From: a candidate division FCPU426 bacterium
Lineage (GTDB): Bacteria; Oederibacteriota; Muellerivitia; Muellerivitales; Muellerivitaceae
Length of the DNA: 64,000 bases
Assembly (NCBI GenBank): GCA_963719085.1
Contig: CAVRAL010000001.1
Span: 64,001 to 128,000, forward strand
Reading direction: 5' to 3'
Each line of letters begins with the position of its first letter. Position 1 is the stretch's first letter. The translations under genes were made by a program, and so were the position numbers. This document shows positions 17,699-27,501 of this stretch, piece by piece. The notes beneath the pieces are model-generated. The model was given only the letters and a program-made list of their open reading frames with translations, made no database searches and was not told the DNA's origin.

Positions 17699-18805
17699 AT
17701 GAGCGTATTGCCTCGAGAAAATAAAGAAGCCATTGACCAGACGCCCGCATCCGCCGAGAACGCCCCGTTGGAAGGCAAGCCCATGGGCCAAGGTGCGCGC
17801 GAACTGAAGGTGGGAAACCTCACCTTAAACGGCCGGGTCTTTTTGGCTCCCATGGCCGGTTATACGGACACGGCTTTCCGGCGGCTGGCCCGTCGTTATG
17901 GCGCGGCCATGGTGATTACCGAAATGGTCAGCTCGAGGGCGCTTCTGGAAGGAAGCGATAAGAGCGATGAGCTGATGGCTTTTACCGAGCCCGAGCGGCC
18001 TGTGGGAGTCCAGCTTTTCGGGGGCGATCCCGGCATCATGGGCGAAGCGGCTTTGCAAGTACTCGAGAAGGTCCATCCCGATGTCATCGACATTAACTTT
18101 GGCTGTCCGGTCGGCAAAATTCTTAAATGTGATTCCGGCGCGGCCGTTTTAAAAGAACCCCAAAGAGCAGGTTGGATTGTGAAGGCCATGATCGAGGCTA
18201 CCGGCGGAAGGGTTCCCATCACGGTTAAGACCCGGGCCGGTTATGACGCCATGGACAACGCCGTGTTTGAACTCTTGGACGCCGTGACCGAGGCGGGCGC
18301 TTCCGCGCTGGCCGTTCACGCCCGCACCCGAAATCAAATGTTCGAGGGCAAGGCGAATTGGGAAGTCATCGCCAAACTCAAAGAAAAAGCCCGCATCCCC
18401 ATCATCGGCAACGGCGACGTGAAATGCGCGGCCGACGCTTGGCGGCTTTTTCAACAGACGAATTGCGACGGCATCATGATCGGCCGGGCCAGCATGGGCT
18501 CGCCTTGGATTTTTGAGGAGATCAACCATTACCTGGAAACCGGGGAGCCCATGCCGACGCTTTCGCTCAAAGCGCGCTTTGGAATCGCCTTGGAGCAGCT
18601 GAAATGCTCCATTGAGGTAAAGGGAGAGCGGTTGGGATTGCTGGAGATGCGCAAACACCTGACGCATTACTTCAAGGGGTTTGAGGGCGCGCGGGAAATG
18701 CGTCAACAGCTGCTGACTTCCACCGACGCCGATTGGGTGGTGAAGACCCTGGGTGAAATCCACGAAACCCTGTCCGAAGACGCTCAGACCACCAAGGTGG
18801 CCTAA
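17699..18805 (+). CDS. dusB: tRNA dihydrouridine synthase DusB
   Basis: LAPMAGYTD, TEMVS, VQLFG, IDINFGCP, VHART, IGNGDV and MIGRA. Confidence 0.95.
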   Translation: MSVLPRENKEAIDQTPASAENAPLEGKPMGQGARELKVGNLTLNGRVFLAPMAGYTDTAFRRLARRYGAAMVITEMVSSRALLEGSDKSDELMAFTEPERPVGVQLFGGDPGIMGEAALQVLEKVHPDVIDINFGCPVGKILKCDSGAAVLKEPQRAGWIVKAMIEATGGRVPITVKTRAGYDAMDNAVFELLDAVTEAGASALAVHARTRNQMFEGKANWEVIAKLKEKARIPIIGNGDVKCAADAWRLFQQTNCDGIMIGRASMGSPWIFEEINHYLETGEPMPTLSLKARFGIALEQLKCSIEVKGERLGLLEMRKHLTHYFKGFEGAREMRQQLLTSTDADWVVKTLGEIHETLSEDAQTTKVA

Positions 18806-18808
18806 GGC

Positions 18809-19426
18809 TTGGACGATTTTTTTTATTCCCTCGATGTCTCGATTTTTCGCTGGATCAACGAAGGTTGGTCCAATCCTTTTCTCGACAAATTTTTTTCCTT
18901 TATCACGAACATCCACAACTTTTATCCGGTTCTTCTCTTATTAGCGATCGCTCTTTTGATCCGGGGGAAAGCCAAGGGCCGTTGGATGGTTTTGGCGCTG
19001 GTCGTGACGGTCATTCTGACCGACCAAATCTCCGCCCATGTGCTCAAAGAGTTGGTGGGGCGGGTAAGGCCTTGTAACGCTTTAACCGGGGTTTTGACGC
19101 CGTTGGGGCCCAGCGGGTCCTATTCTTTTCCTTCCAGCCACGCCACTAATATGGGCGGCTCCATGCTGCTTTTAACCCTGGCTTATCCGGTTTGGGGTTG
19201 GTTTTGGGGGCTTTGGGCCTTGTTGGTCGGGCTTTCCCGGATTTATTTGGGCCTGCATTACCCGTCGGATGTATTGGGAGGGTATCTTTTAGGAATGGCC
19301 ATCGGTTGGGGGGTGTGGATGGCTCTTCGCAAATGGGCGGGGGCTTCCTTTCGTAAAACCGCGCCCGTTCCTGTTAAAGTAAAGAAAATCGCGGGGAAAA
19401 GAATTGTCCGAAAAAAGCGCCGATAA
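18809..19426 (+). CDS. PAP2 family phosphatase (undecaprenyl-PP phosphatase-like)
   Basis: K...RVRP, SFPSSHA and SRIYLGLHYPSDV motifs, with several TM helices. Confidence 0.93.
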   Translation: MDDFFYSLDVSIFRWINEGWSNPFLDKFFSFITNIHNFYPVLLLLAIALLIRGKAKGRWMVLALVVTVILTDQISAHVLKELVGRVRPCNALTGVLTPLGPSGSYSFPSSHATNMGGSMLLLTLAYPVWGWFWGLWALLVGLSRIYLGLHYPSDVLGGYLLGMAIGWGVWMALRKWAGASFRKTAPVPVKVKKIAGKRIVRKKRR

Positions 19427-20336
19427 AAATTCCGTAAAGCCCCAAACCCTTTATCTGGTGGCCACGCCCATCGGGAACCTGGACGACATCACTTTCCGGG
19501 CCTTGAAGGTTTTGAAGGAGGCGGACCTCATCGCCGCGGAAGACACCCGCCACAGCTTGAAACTTTTAACCCATTTCGGCATCCAGCCTAAAAAATTAAT
19601 TTCCTGCTTTGAGCACAACGAGGTCAAACGGGTCTCGGAAATTTTGGAAACCCTGGAGGCCGGCGGGTCGGTGGCCCTGGTGACCGACGCGGGAATGCCG
19701 GCCATCTCGGATCCGGGTTATCAAGTCGTGAAGGCGGTTTCGGAAAAAGGATTCACGGTGACACCCGTGCCTGGAGCCTCGGCGGTTTTAGCCGCTTTGG
19801 CGGTCTCGGGTTTTCCGGCCACGCCCTTTACCTTTATCGGGTTCCTGCCGCCTAAGGCGGGAGACCGGAAGTCGGCCTTGCTTCGAGTGCGGTCCGAGGA
19901 ACGCACCCTGGTTTTTTTTGAGTCGCCCCACCGCCTTCGTCAAAGTTTAAAAGATATGCTCAGTGTTTTTGGAAGCCGTCAAGCGGCTGTGGCCCGGGAG
20001 CTGACCAAACTGCACGAGGAATTCGTGCGGGGAAACTTGCAAGACATCGGGAAACATTTTAAGGATAAAGAACCTCTGGGCGAGTTTGTCATTGTGGTGG
20101 AGCCCGGGGAGCGGGTCGATCATTCCCAGCAGGAAAAATGGGCGGGTGTTTCGATCGAGGCCCAATTGATTCAGCTGATGCGGGACCAAAAACTTTCCAA
20201 GACCGAGGCGGTCAAGGCGGTTTGTCAATCGCGGGGGCTTCCCCGGGAAGTGGTGTATCAAATCGCGACCAGTCTCCCGGCCCGGGGGCCCGGTGACCAG
20301 CCGCCCGAGGACAGCGAGGATTCGGATCTGTTATGA
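19404..20336 (+). CDS. rsmI: 16S rRNA C1402 2'-O-methyltransferase RsmI
   Basis: LYLVATPIGNL.DIT.RA, AEDTR, TDAGMPAISDPG, FESPHR and RELTKLHEE. Confidence 0.98.
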   Translation: MSEKSADKNSVKPQTLYLVATPIGNLDDITFRALKVLKEADLIAAEDTRHSLKLLTHFGIQPKKLISCFEHNEVKRVSEILETLEAGGSVALVTDAGMPAISDPGYQVVKAVSEKGFTVTPVPGASAVLAALAVSGFPATPFTFIGFLPPKAGDRKSALLRVRSEERTLVFFESPHRLRQSLKDMLSVFGSRQAAVARELTKLHEEFVRGNLQDIGKHFKDKEPLGEFVIVVEPGERVDHSQQEKWAGVSIEAQLIQLMRDQKLSKTEAVKAVCQSRGLPREVVYQIATSLPARGPGDQPPEDSEDSDLL

Positions 20337-21025
20337 AAAAAACCATCACCGGGTTTTTCGTCAAAATAGTGATCGGGATCCTGATGGTTTGGATCGGCGC
20401 CGGGGTATGCTGTTTGGTGGGCGAGAGCCTGCTGCGGCTCACCTGGGCTTCGCCCTTGGCTGTCGCCTTTACCCTGGGTTTCGTGATTTATTTTCCCATC
20501 CACTTCCTGCTTTATAAGCCGGTTTTAAGCCATGTGATGGCTCATGAAGTGACCCACGCCTTGGCGGCCTTGGCCATGGGCGGCAAAGTGACCGAGATCC
20601 ATGCCACCCATTCGGGAGGCTCCACGCTCACCAATAAGTCCCATTTTTTCATCAGTATGGCCCCTTATGTGGTGCCGCTTTACACCCTTTTGGCCTTGGG
20701 GCTTTACGCCATCGCCGCGCCGGTCTTTAAAATTTACCTTATGGGACTTATCGGGTTTACCTACTCGTTTCATTGGGTGCTTACGGTTTACTCGCTTTCC
20801 CATCATCAGCCGGACCTGGACGAGGGCGGGGTTGTGTTCTCCTTGATTTTCATTTTTACCGTAAATATGATTGTCTTGATGCTTCTTTTCTCCCTGGTCT
20901 GGCCCGACGTCCTGTCTTTCGGCGGAGCCCTATCGGGGACGACTCATTGGTGCCTGCGCTTAGCTCAAGCCTTGTTTCATCTTTTGCATCCCATTTCTTC
21001 CCCCCCGGAGGGCAAACCCGCATGA
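20333..21025 (+). CDS. Membrane protein with HEXXH motif (peptidase M50B-like)
   Basis: Multi-TM protein with AHEVTHALAA..MGG, ISMAPY and HQPDL. ATGA overlaps with both neighbours. Confidence 0.75.
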   Translation: MKKTITGFFVKIVIGILMVWIGAGVCCLVGESLLRLTWASPLAVAFTLGFVIYFPIHFLLYKPVLSHVMAHEVTHALAALAMGGKVTEIHATHSGGSTLTNKSHFFISMAPYVVPLYTLLALGLYAIAAPVFKIYLMGLIGFTYSFHWVLTVYSLSHHQPDLDEGGVVFSLIFIFTVNMIVLMLLFSLVWPDVLSFGGALSGTTHWCLRLAQALFHLLHPISSPPEGKPA

Positions 21026-22350
21026 AAAAAACCTTCGTCCTGGACACAAACGTCCTGATCCACAATCCCAAGGCGCTGGAGTCCTTTGAGGACAACACCG
21101 TGGTGGTTCCCTTGGCGGTGATTGAGGAACTGGATACTTTTAAAAAAAGCCAGGATGAAAAGGGCCGCAACGCGCGCGAAGTGGCGCGGATGCTGGATGA
21201 GATGCGACAAAAGGGAAAACTGCAGGAAGGCGTCAACCTGCCCAACGGCGGGGTGCTTCGGGTAGAGACCAGCATGCTCAACGGTGAGTTGCCCGCCTCA
21301 CTGGCCCATTCCAAGGTGGACAATTATATCGTGGGGGTCGCCTTGGCCTTGAAGAACCGGGGCGAGAATGTGCGGTTCATTTCCAAAGACATCAATGTGC
21401 GCATCAAGGCCGACGCCCTCGGGCTTATCGCCGAGGATTTCGAGACCAATAAAATTAATATCGACGAGCTTTATTCCGGTTGGACCACGGTGACCGTCAA
21501 GGACGCCGAGGTGGATGAGTTTTATAAATCCGGCAGGATTTCGCTCGTTCCTTATCTTGAGCAACACGCGCTTTACGAGAACGAGTTTCTGTTGCTCAAA
21601 AGCGACATCCACGAGGGGAAGACGGCTTTAAGCGTTTATAACAGCGGTTTGAAACAGGCCCAGCCGCTTTGGTTTAAAGATCCGGAAGCCTGGGGCATCA
21701 AGGCGCTCAACCGCGAGCAGCATTTCGCTTTGAACTTGCTTTTGAATGACCGAATTTCCATGGTGACTCTGGTGGGATCGGCCGGAACGGGCAAGACGCT
21801 TTTGGCGCTGGCCGCGGGTTTGCTCAAGAGCTTGGATGAGAAAAAATACCGCCGGGTACTGGTTTCCCGGCCGATTGTCCCGATGGGAAAAGACATCGGA
21901 TACTTGCCGGGCACCAAAGACGAGAAGCTGATGAACTGGATGCAGCCTATTTTTGATAATTTGGAATTTATTTTGGATAAGGGCCACCTGCAAAATGACA
22001 CCGAGGAGGTGGACGACAAGGTGCAATATCTGCTGGATTCCCATAAGCTTGAATTGGAAGCCTTGACCTATATCCGGGGAAGGTCGATCCCCAAACAGTT
22101 TATGATCATCGACGAGGCGCAAAACCTCACGCCCCATGAAATTAAAACCATTGTTTCCCGGGCCGGCGTCGGCACCAAAATCATCATGACCGGGGACCCT
22201 TACCAGATTGATAATCCTTACCTAGACGCCTCGTCCAACGGTATCGTCTATTTGGCCGAGCGGTTTAAGGGCCAGGAAATATTCGGCCATATCACCCTTT
22301 CCAAGAGTGAAAGATCGCCGTTGGCCGCATTGGCCGCCAAGACACTTTAA
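21022..22350 (+). CDS. PIN-PhoH family protein (PhoH2/YlaK type)
   Basis: N-terminal PIN domain (VLDTNVL, IEELD, SKDINVRIKA) plus PhoH ATPase (GSAGTGKT, GYLPG, YIRGRS, IDEAQN, GDPYQID). Confidence 0.96.
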   Translation: MKKTFVLDTNVLIHNPKALESFEDNTVVVPLAVIEELDTFKKSQDEKGRNAREVARMLDEMRQKGKLQEGVNLPNGGVLRVETSMLNGELPASLAHSKVDNYIVGVALALKNRGENVRFISKDINVRIKADALGLIAEDFETNKINIDELYSGWTTVTVKDAEVDEFYKSGRISLVPYLEQHALYENEFLLLKSDIHEGKTALSVYNSGLKQAQPLWFKDPEAWGIKALNREQHFALNLLLNDRISMVTLVGSAGTGKTLLALAAGLLKSLDEKKYRRVLVSRPIVPMGKDIGYLPGTKDEKLMNWMQPIFDNLEFILDKGHLQNDTEEVDDKVQYLLDSHKLELEALTYIRGRSIPKQFMIIDEAQNLTPHEIKTIVSRAGVGTKIIMTGDPYQIDNPYLDASSNGIVYLAERFKGQEIFGHITLSKSERSPLAALAAKTL

Positions 22351-22353
22351 CCC

Positions 22354-23349
22354 GTGAGTTTTCACTCCCCTAAACCGCTGGTGGCCGTGACCCAAGGTGA
22401 TCCAGCTGGCATCGGCGGGGAAGTGGCGCTCAAGGCGCTTCAACATAAACTTTCCCGTTCGCCGGTTTCTTATCTGATGGTGGGCGGGTTTGATGAGCTT
22501 CAAAAAACTGCCCGAAAACTAAAGATTGATATTCCGTTGGTCCGGGTGGATTCTCCCCAAGCGGTTTCAGGAAAATTGGCTGTACTGGATTTGGGCGGTC
22601 CGCCCCATGTGAAGTGGGGAAAAATTTCCAAAGACTGCGGCGCCGCGGCGGTACGCTATATCGAGGCGGCGGCTCGTTTGGCCTTGGCGGGAGAGGCTCA
22701 AGCCATCGTCACAGCCCCGATCAATAAAGAAGCGATCCATCTTTCGGGCTCAAAGTTTCCAGGCCATACCGAGATGCTGGCGGACCTTTCGGAAGCCAAG
22801 AATTTCGCCATGATGATGGTGGGCGGCCCTTTTAAAATCACGCTTCAGTCCATTCATCTTTCGCTGGCGGACGCGGTTAAAAAAATAAAACCGGCGGCGG
22901 TCTTCGAAAAATTAGAACTGACCCATCGAACCATGACGACTTGGTTTAAGATCAAAAACCCCCGGATCGCTGTGGCGGGTTTAAACCCCCATGCCGGGGA
23001 AAACGGCGCTTTCGGCCGGGAAGAACTCACGGTTTTAAAACCCGTCATTCAAAAGGCGCGGGCCCGGGGCTGGAAGGTGAGCGGCCCCCATCCTCCGGAC
23101 ACGCTTTTTTATTGGGCGGCCCAGGGCCGCTATGACGCGATTCTTTGTATGTACCATGACCAGGGGCTTATTCCTTTAAAACTCACGGCGTTTGACTCGG
23201 GCGTTAATTTGACCTTGGGACTTCCTTTCGCGCGCACCTCGCCGGACCATGGAACGGCTTTTGACATCGCCGGTAAGGGCAAGGCGAGTCCGAACAGTAT
23301 GCTGGCGGCGCTGGATCTCGCGGAAAAACTGGCGGGCCAAAAGTCATGA
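22354..23349 (+). CDS. pdxA: 4-hydroxythreonine-4-phosphate dehydrogenase
   Basis: GDPAGIG, TAPINKE, FPGHTE, GLNPHAGE, MYHDQG and RTSPDHGTAFDIAGKG. Confidence 0.97.
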   Translation: MSFHSPKPLVAVTQGDPAGIGGEVALKALQHKLSRSPVSYLMVGGFDELQKTARKLKIDIPLVRVDSPQAVSGKLAVLDLGGPPHVKWGKISKDCGAAAVRYIEAAARLALAGEAQAIVTAPINKEAIHLSGSKFPGHTEMLADLSEAKNFAMMMVGGPFKITLQSIHLSLADAVKKIKPAAVFEKLELTHRTMTTWFKIKNPRIAVAGLNPHAGENGAFGREELTVLKPVIQKARARGWKVSGPHPPDTLFYWAAQGRYDAILCMYHDQGLIPLKLTAFDSGVNLTLGLPFARTSPDHGTAFDIAGKGKASPNSMLAALDLAEKLAGQKS

Positions 23350-24188
23350 ACTCCATTTCGGCTCTTTTTGAGGAGTTTTCTTATAAACCGCGAAAATCAG
23401 CCGGCCAAAACTTTCTGGTGGACGCCGGCGCCTTGGATGCGATTGAGGCGGTGATCGAATGCCCCCCCGAGGATTTACTTTTGGAAGTGGGCGGGGGCTA
23501 TGGTGTTTTGACCGACCGGCTCCACAAAAAAACAAAAAAATTGGCCGTGGTGGAAGTGGACCATAAACTTTTCGCCATGCTGGAGCGCCGCTTCGCCCTG
23601 GTTCCGGACGAGGTCAAGCTGGTGAAGGGCGACATCATGAAATTGGACGTGGAAACCTTCCGGCCTGCCCCGCCGGGCAAGATCACGGTAGCCGGCAATA
23701 TTCCTTATTACCTCACGACCCCCCTGATCACCCGCTTACTGACCCAATCGAACGCTTATGTACGGCGGATTTATTTGATGATCCAAAAGGAAGTCGCCGA
23801 CCGTTTGATCGCCGGGCCCGGGAGCAAGGCCTATGGGGCTTTAAGTCTTTGCGCCCAATATTATGGGCCCGCCCAAAAGAGGGTGACGGTGCCGGCTTCC
23901 AGTTTCAAACCCCAGCCCAAAGTGGACTCGGCTTTTGTCGAGCTCACCTTGCGGGAAAAACCTCTTTTAAATGAGGCTCAGGAAAAACTATTTTTTCAAT
24001 TGGCGCGTTCGATTTTTCAAAGCCGCCGCAAGGTTATTTCAAACTCATTAAAGTCGATGGGGAAGCCGGTGGACCAGATTAATTTGATGCTTGAAAAAAC
24101 CGGCGTGAAGCCGGGCATTCGAGGCGAGGAACTGGGTTTGGAAAAGTTTTTGGAAATGGCCCGGGTTTTGGATGAGGTTTCGTCTTAA
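23346..24188 (+). CDS. rsmA: 16S rRNA m6,2A dimethyltransferase RsmA/KsgA
   Basis: GQNFL, GNIPYY, MIQKEVA and F.PQPKVDSA. Lies in the pdxA-rsmA context. Confidence 0.97.
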   Translation: MNSISALFEEFSYKPRKSAGQNFLVDAGALDAIEAVIECPPEDLLLEVGGGYGVLTDRLHKKTKKLAVVEVDHKLFAMLERRFALVPDEVKLVKGDIMKLDVETFRPAPPGKITVAGNIPYYLTTPLITRLLTQSNAYVRRIYLMIQKEVADRLIAGPGSKAYGALSLCAQYYGPAQKRVTVPASSFKPQPKVDSAFVELTLREKPLLNEAQEKLFFQLARSIFQSRRKVISNSLKSMGKPVDQINLMLEKTGVKPGIRGEELGLEKFLEMARVLDEVSS

Positions 24189-24350
24189 ATCTCCCGTTTT
24201 TTTGCCAAGTCGCACCGTTCTTCTAAATAAAATCAAAAGGAGAACGGCAGGTCCCGCCAAGATTGGCCTTTGAAAGAGGCCGGCAGGGTGGTAAAAAGCT
24301 TTTTGTGTTAGCATGCTGTCCCCGAAGCGACATTCTTTATCGAGGTTTTT

Positions 24351-26201
24351 ATGTGCGGCATCGCCGGTTATACGGGTTCTAAACCCGCCGTTTCCATCCT
24401 GCTCAATGGCTTGGCCAAATTGGAATACCGTGGCTATGACTCCGCCGGGTTGGCTCTGTTGGACTCTTCCGGAAAAATGAAGATCCTGAAAAAAGCCGGC
24501 AAAATCGGGAACCTGGTGGCGGCGGTTAAGAAAGCCCACTTGGATCCGGCCATCCATTTTGGAATCGGCCATACGCGCTGGGCCACCCATGGACATCCGA
24601 CCGATCAAAACGCCCACCCCCACACGGATTGCGGGGGACATATCGCCGTGGTCCATAACGGCATTATTGAAAACTATCAAAAGCTCAAGAATGAACTAGT
24701 GGCCAAGGGCCACCGGTTTCGGTCGCAAACGGACTCGGAAGTTTTAGCGCATTTGATTGAGGAAGGACTTCAGAAGCGCTCCTGGATCGAGGCGGTGCGC
24801 TGGGGGCTGTCCAAGATTACGGGCAACTATTCGGTGGTGGCCATTTCGGACGCCGCTCCGGAGACGCTCATTGGCGCCCGGTCCGGGGGCGGCGCTTTAG
24901 TGGTGGGTTTGGGCCAGGGTGAAAATTTTATCGCTTCGGACGTCCCCGCCCTTTTGCAGCATACCCAAAAGGTCTATTACCTGGAGGATGACGAGATGGC
25001 GGTTGTGACGCCGCAAGAATCCCGTGTGTTGGGAATCGCCGATGGAAAGCCCCGTTTGAAAACCCCCGCGCGAATCGATTGGACGGCCGAACAAGCCGAA
25101 AAGGGCGGTTACGCGCATTTCATGCTGAAAGAAATTATGGAACAGCCCCGCGCCCTCCAGGACACCTTGACCGGACGTTTGGATCCCAGATCCGGCGAAG
25201 TTTATTTGGAAGGGGCTTTTTTGAAGGCTCCCTGGATAAAACAGTTTAAAAAGATAACGCTGCTGGCCTGCGGCACCTCTTATTACGCCGCTTTAGTCGG
25301 AAAGTTTTTGTTGGAAGAACATTTGAAGGTGCCGGTGGAGGTCGATTACGCCTCCGAGTTCAGGTATCGAAACCCGGTGATCGGCAAGGAACACTTGGCC
25401 ATCGTCATCACCCAAAGCGGCGAGACCGTGGATACCTTGGTCGCCTTAAGGGAAGCCCGGTTGAAAGGCGCGAAGATTGTCTCGATTTGCAACGTCATGG
25501 GAAGCTCAGCCACGCGGGAGGCGGACGCGGTTCTTTTAACCCGCGCGGGTCCTGAGATCGGCGTGGCGTCCACCAAGGCTTTTACCACCCAATTGGAAGC
25601 TCTTTGGCTTTTAACTTTGTTTTTCGCCCGGGTCCGCGGCGATTTGCCCTTAAAGGTTTTGTGCGCCAAAGGCCTGGCGCTCGCGCGGATTCCGGCCCTC
25701 GCGACGGCGGCTCTTCGTCAAAGAAAGGCCATTGAAAAGATCGCCAAAACCTTCGCGCCCCACTTCAACTTTCTTTATCTGGGCCGGGGCATCAATTACC
25801 CCATCGCTCTGGAAGGCGCGTTGAAGCTCAAGGAAATTTCTTATATTCACGCGGAGGGTTACCCCGGAGGCGAGATGAAGCACGGGCCGATCGCTTTGAT
25901 TGACGCGCGGATGCCCGTGGTGGCCATCGCGTTGAAATCCTCCGGCGTTTACGAAAAGATGCTTAACAATATGGAGGAAGTGAAGGCGCGGTCGGGAAAA
26001 CTGATCGCCGTCGTTGAAAAGGGGGACAAAATCGCGGCCCGCAAAGCCGACGCGGTATTGGAAATTCCGGCGTCGCACGAGTCGCTTTCACCGATTTTAT
26101 CCGTCCTGCCGTTGCAGCTTTTGGCTTATGAAATCGCCAGGATCAAGGGCCGGGAAATCGATCAGCCCCGTAACCTGGCTAAAAGTGTGACGGTCGAGTA
26201 A
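24351..26201 (+). CDS. glmS: Glutamine--fructose-6-phosphate transaminase
   Basis: MCGIAG, EYRGYDSAG, GHTRWATHG, QSGET, GVASTKAF, EGALKLKE and DQPRNLAKSVTVE. Confidence 0.99.
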   Translation: MCGIAGYTGSKPAVSILLNGLAKLEYRGYDSAGLALLDSSGKMKILKKAGKIGNLVAAVKKAHLDPAIHFGIGHTRWATHGHPTDQNAHPHTDCGGHIAVVHNGIIENYQKLKNELVAKGHRFRSQTDSEVLAHLIEEGLQKRSWIEAVRWGLSKITGNYSVVAISDAAPETLIGARSGGGALVVGLGQGENFIASDVPALLQHTQKVYYLEDDEMAVVTPQESRVLGIADGKPRLKTPARIDWTAEQAEKGGYAHFMLKEIMEQPRALQDTLTGRLDPRSGEVYLEGAFLKAPWIKQFKKITLLACGTSYYAALVGKFLLEEHLKVPVEVDYASEFRYRNPVIGKEHLAIVITQSGETVDTLVALREARLKGAKIVSICNVMGSSATREADAVLLTRAGPEIGVASTKAFTTQLEALWLLTLFFARVRGDLPLKVLCAKGLALARIPALATAALRQRKAIEKIAKTFAPHFNFLYLGRGINYPIALEGALKLKEISYIHAEGYPGGEMKHGPIALIDARMPVVAIALKSSGVYEKMLNNMEEVKARSGKLIAVVEKGDKIAARKADAVLEIPASHESLSPILSVLPLQLLAYEIARIKGREIDQPRNLAKSVTVE

Positions 26202-26245
26202 AATCCGGCCGGCTGGTTTAAAATTCAAAACTTGAAGGAGACTTT

Positions 26246-26566
26246 ATGGATTCCGCTTTCGCTCAAACCACGGCCGCCGCGGCGGCGGCGCCGGATTCGC
26301 CTCTGGGAGGCTTGCTTTCGCTGGCGCCCATGCTTTTGATCTTAGTGGCCTTTTACGTTATTTTTATGCTTCCCCAAAACAAGGAGCGCAAAAAAAAGGA
26401 AGAAATGCTTAAAAACATCCAGCGCGGCGACCGGGTTCTGACCCGCGGCGGGCTTTACGCCACTGTGGCCGATATTAAGGAAAATGTTTTGGTTTTAAAG
26501 ATCAACGAAAACAGCAAAGTCGAAGTCGATCGGGCTTATATTGACTCGATTGAAAAGGCCTCCTGA
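26246..26566 (+). CDS. yajC: Preprotein translocase subunit YajC
   Basis: TM helix followed by PQNKERK...GDRVLTRGGL. AAGGAG SD. Confidence 0.95.
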   Translation: MDSAFAQTTAAAAAAPDSPLGGLLSLAPMLLILVAFYVIFMLPQNKERKKKEEMLKNIQRGDRVLTRGGLYATVADIKENVLVLKINENSKVEVDRAYIDSIEKAS

Positions 26567-26878
26567 CGAGTTTGGAATTTAGGTGCGTGTGCGCCTATAA
26601 AAATCCTCGAAAAGGCCCTTTTTTACCCGGGGGCTTTTCAGCGGGGATCGGTCTTGTCTCCTTTTTTGGCGATGCGAAAATCGTATTTCGCCCGATAGAT
26701 ACTGGATTTTCCAAGATAAAGTAAAAAACAAAAAAACGTCCCGCCAACTTCTTGTCTTCAATTATTTTTTCCTCAATTTTTAAATTAAAGGCCCTTTGGC
26801 TTCAAGAGTTGGGATATAATTGGCCCAGTTGCGAGTCATAAATGTTGCAATCTTGATTCCCATGAAACGGGTTCTTTT

Positions 26879-27418
26879 ATGAGCGATATCCTGACAGCCC
26901 AAGAACTTTCTTCCTACTTGAAAATCACCACGACCACGATCTATAAGCTCGCGCAACAGGGCAAACTTCCTTCTTTCAAAATTGGCAGTGAATGGCGCTT
27001 CAAAAAAGAACTGATTGACCGTTGGCTGGAAAAAGGCGTCCAAACGGCGGCCAAGCGGGTTTTGGTGGTGGATGATGAGCCGGGGATCTGTGATCTTTAC
27101 GTGAAGGCCTTGGACCGACGCCATTATTGGGTGGAAGTCGTTCATTCGGGCGAAGCCGCGCTGGAAGCGGTTTCCCGGCAGAATTACGATTTCATTTTTC
27201 TGGATTTAAAAATGCCGGGCTTCAGCGGCGTGGATACCTTTAAAGAGCTCAAGCTGCGCAATGTGCAATCGCTTATCATTATCGTGACCGGCTATCCGGA
27301 CAGCGAATTGCTGGTGGAAGCCATGCGATTGGGCCCTCTCACGGTGATTTTAAAACCCTTCGACTTGGCGGAAATTAAGAAGTCGGTGGAATCCCTCGTT
27401 CAAATGACTTCGAAGTAA
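26879..27418 (+). CDS. Response regulator with N-terminal excisionase-like (HTH_17) DNA-binding domain
   Basis: LTAQELSSYLKI...IYKLAQQGKLP.FKIGSEWRF plus a receiver domain (VLVVDDE, FLDLKMPG, VTGY, KPF). Confidence 0.92.
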   Translation: MSDILTAQELSSYLKITTTTIYKLAQQGKLPSFKIGSEWRFKKELIDRWLEKGVQTAAKRVLVVDDEPGICDLYVKALDRRHYWVEVVHSGEAALEAVSRQNYDFIFLDLKMPGFSGVDTFKELKLRNVQSLIIIVTGYPDSELLVEAMRLGPLTVILKPFDLAEIKKSVESLVQMTSK

Positions 27419-27501
27419 ATTTTCCCTTTTTTCCATAAAAAATCAGGCCCCGAACCAGAAACCGCCAAAAGGGCTGGCGTCTTGAGCCGGCCTTTGTTTC
27501 A

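Noticed and set aside
24189..24350. glmS ribozyme upstream of glmS
   Set aside because: There is no AGCGCC cleavage-site motif or recognisable core; only a short GGCCT/AGGCC hairpin is present.
26246..26566. yajC without tgt/secDF
   Set aside because: A simple gene-order rearrangement with no further signal in this window.
26879..27040. Excisionase as a sign of a prophage or integrative element
   Set aside because: It is fused to a receiver domain, and no integrase, att site or phage genes are nearby.
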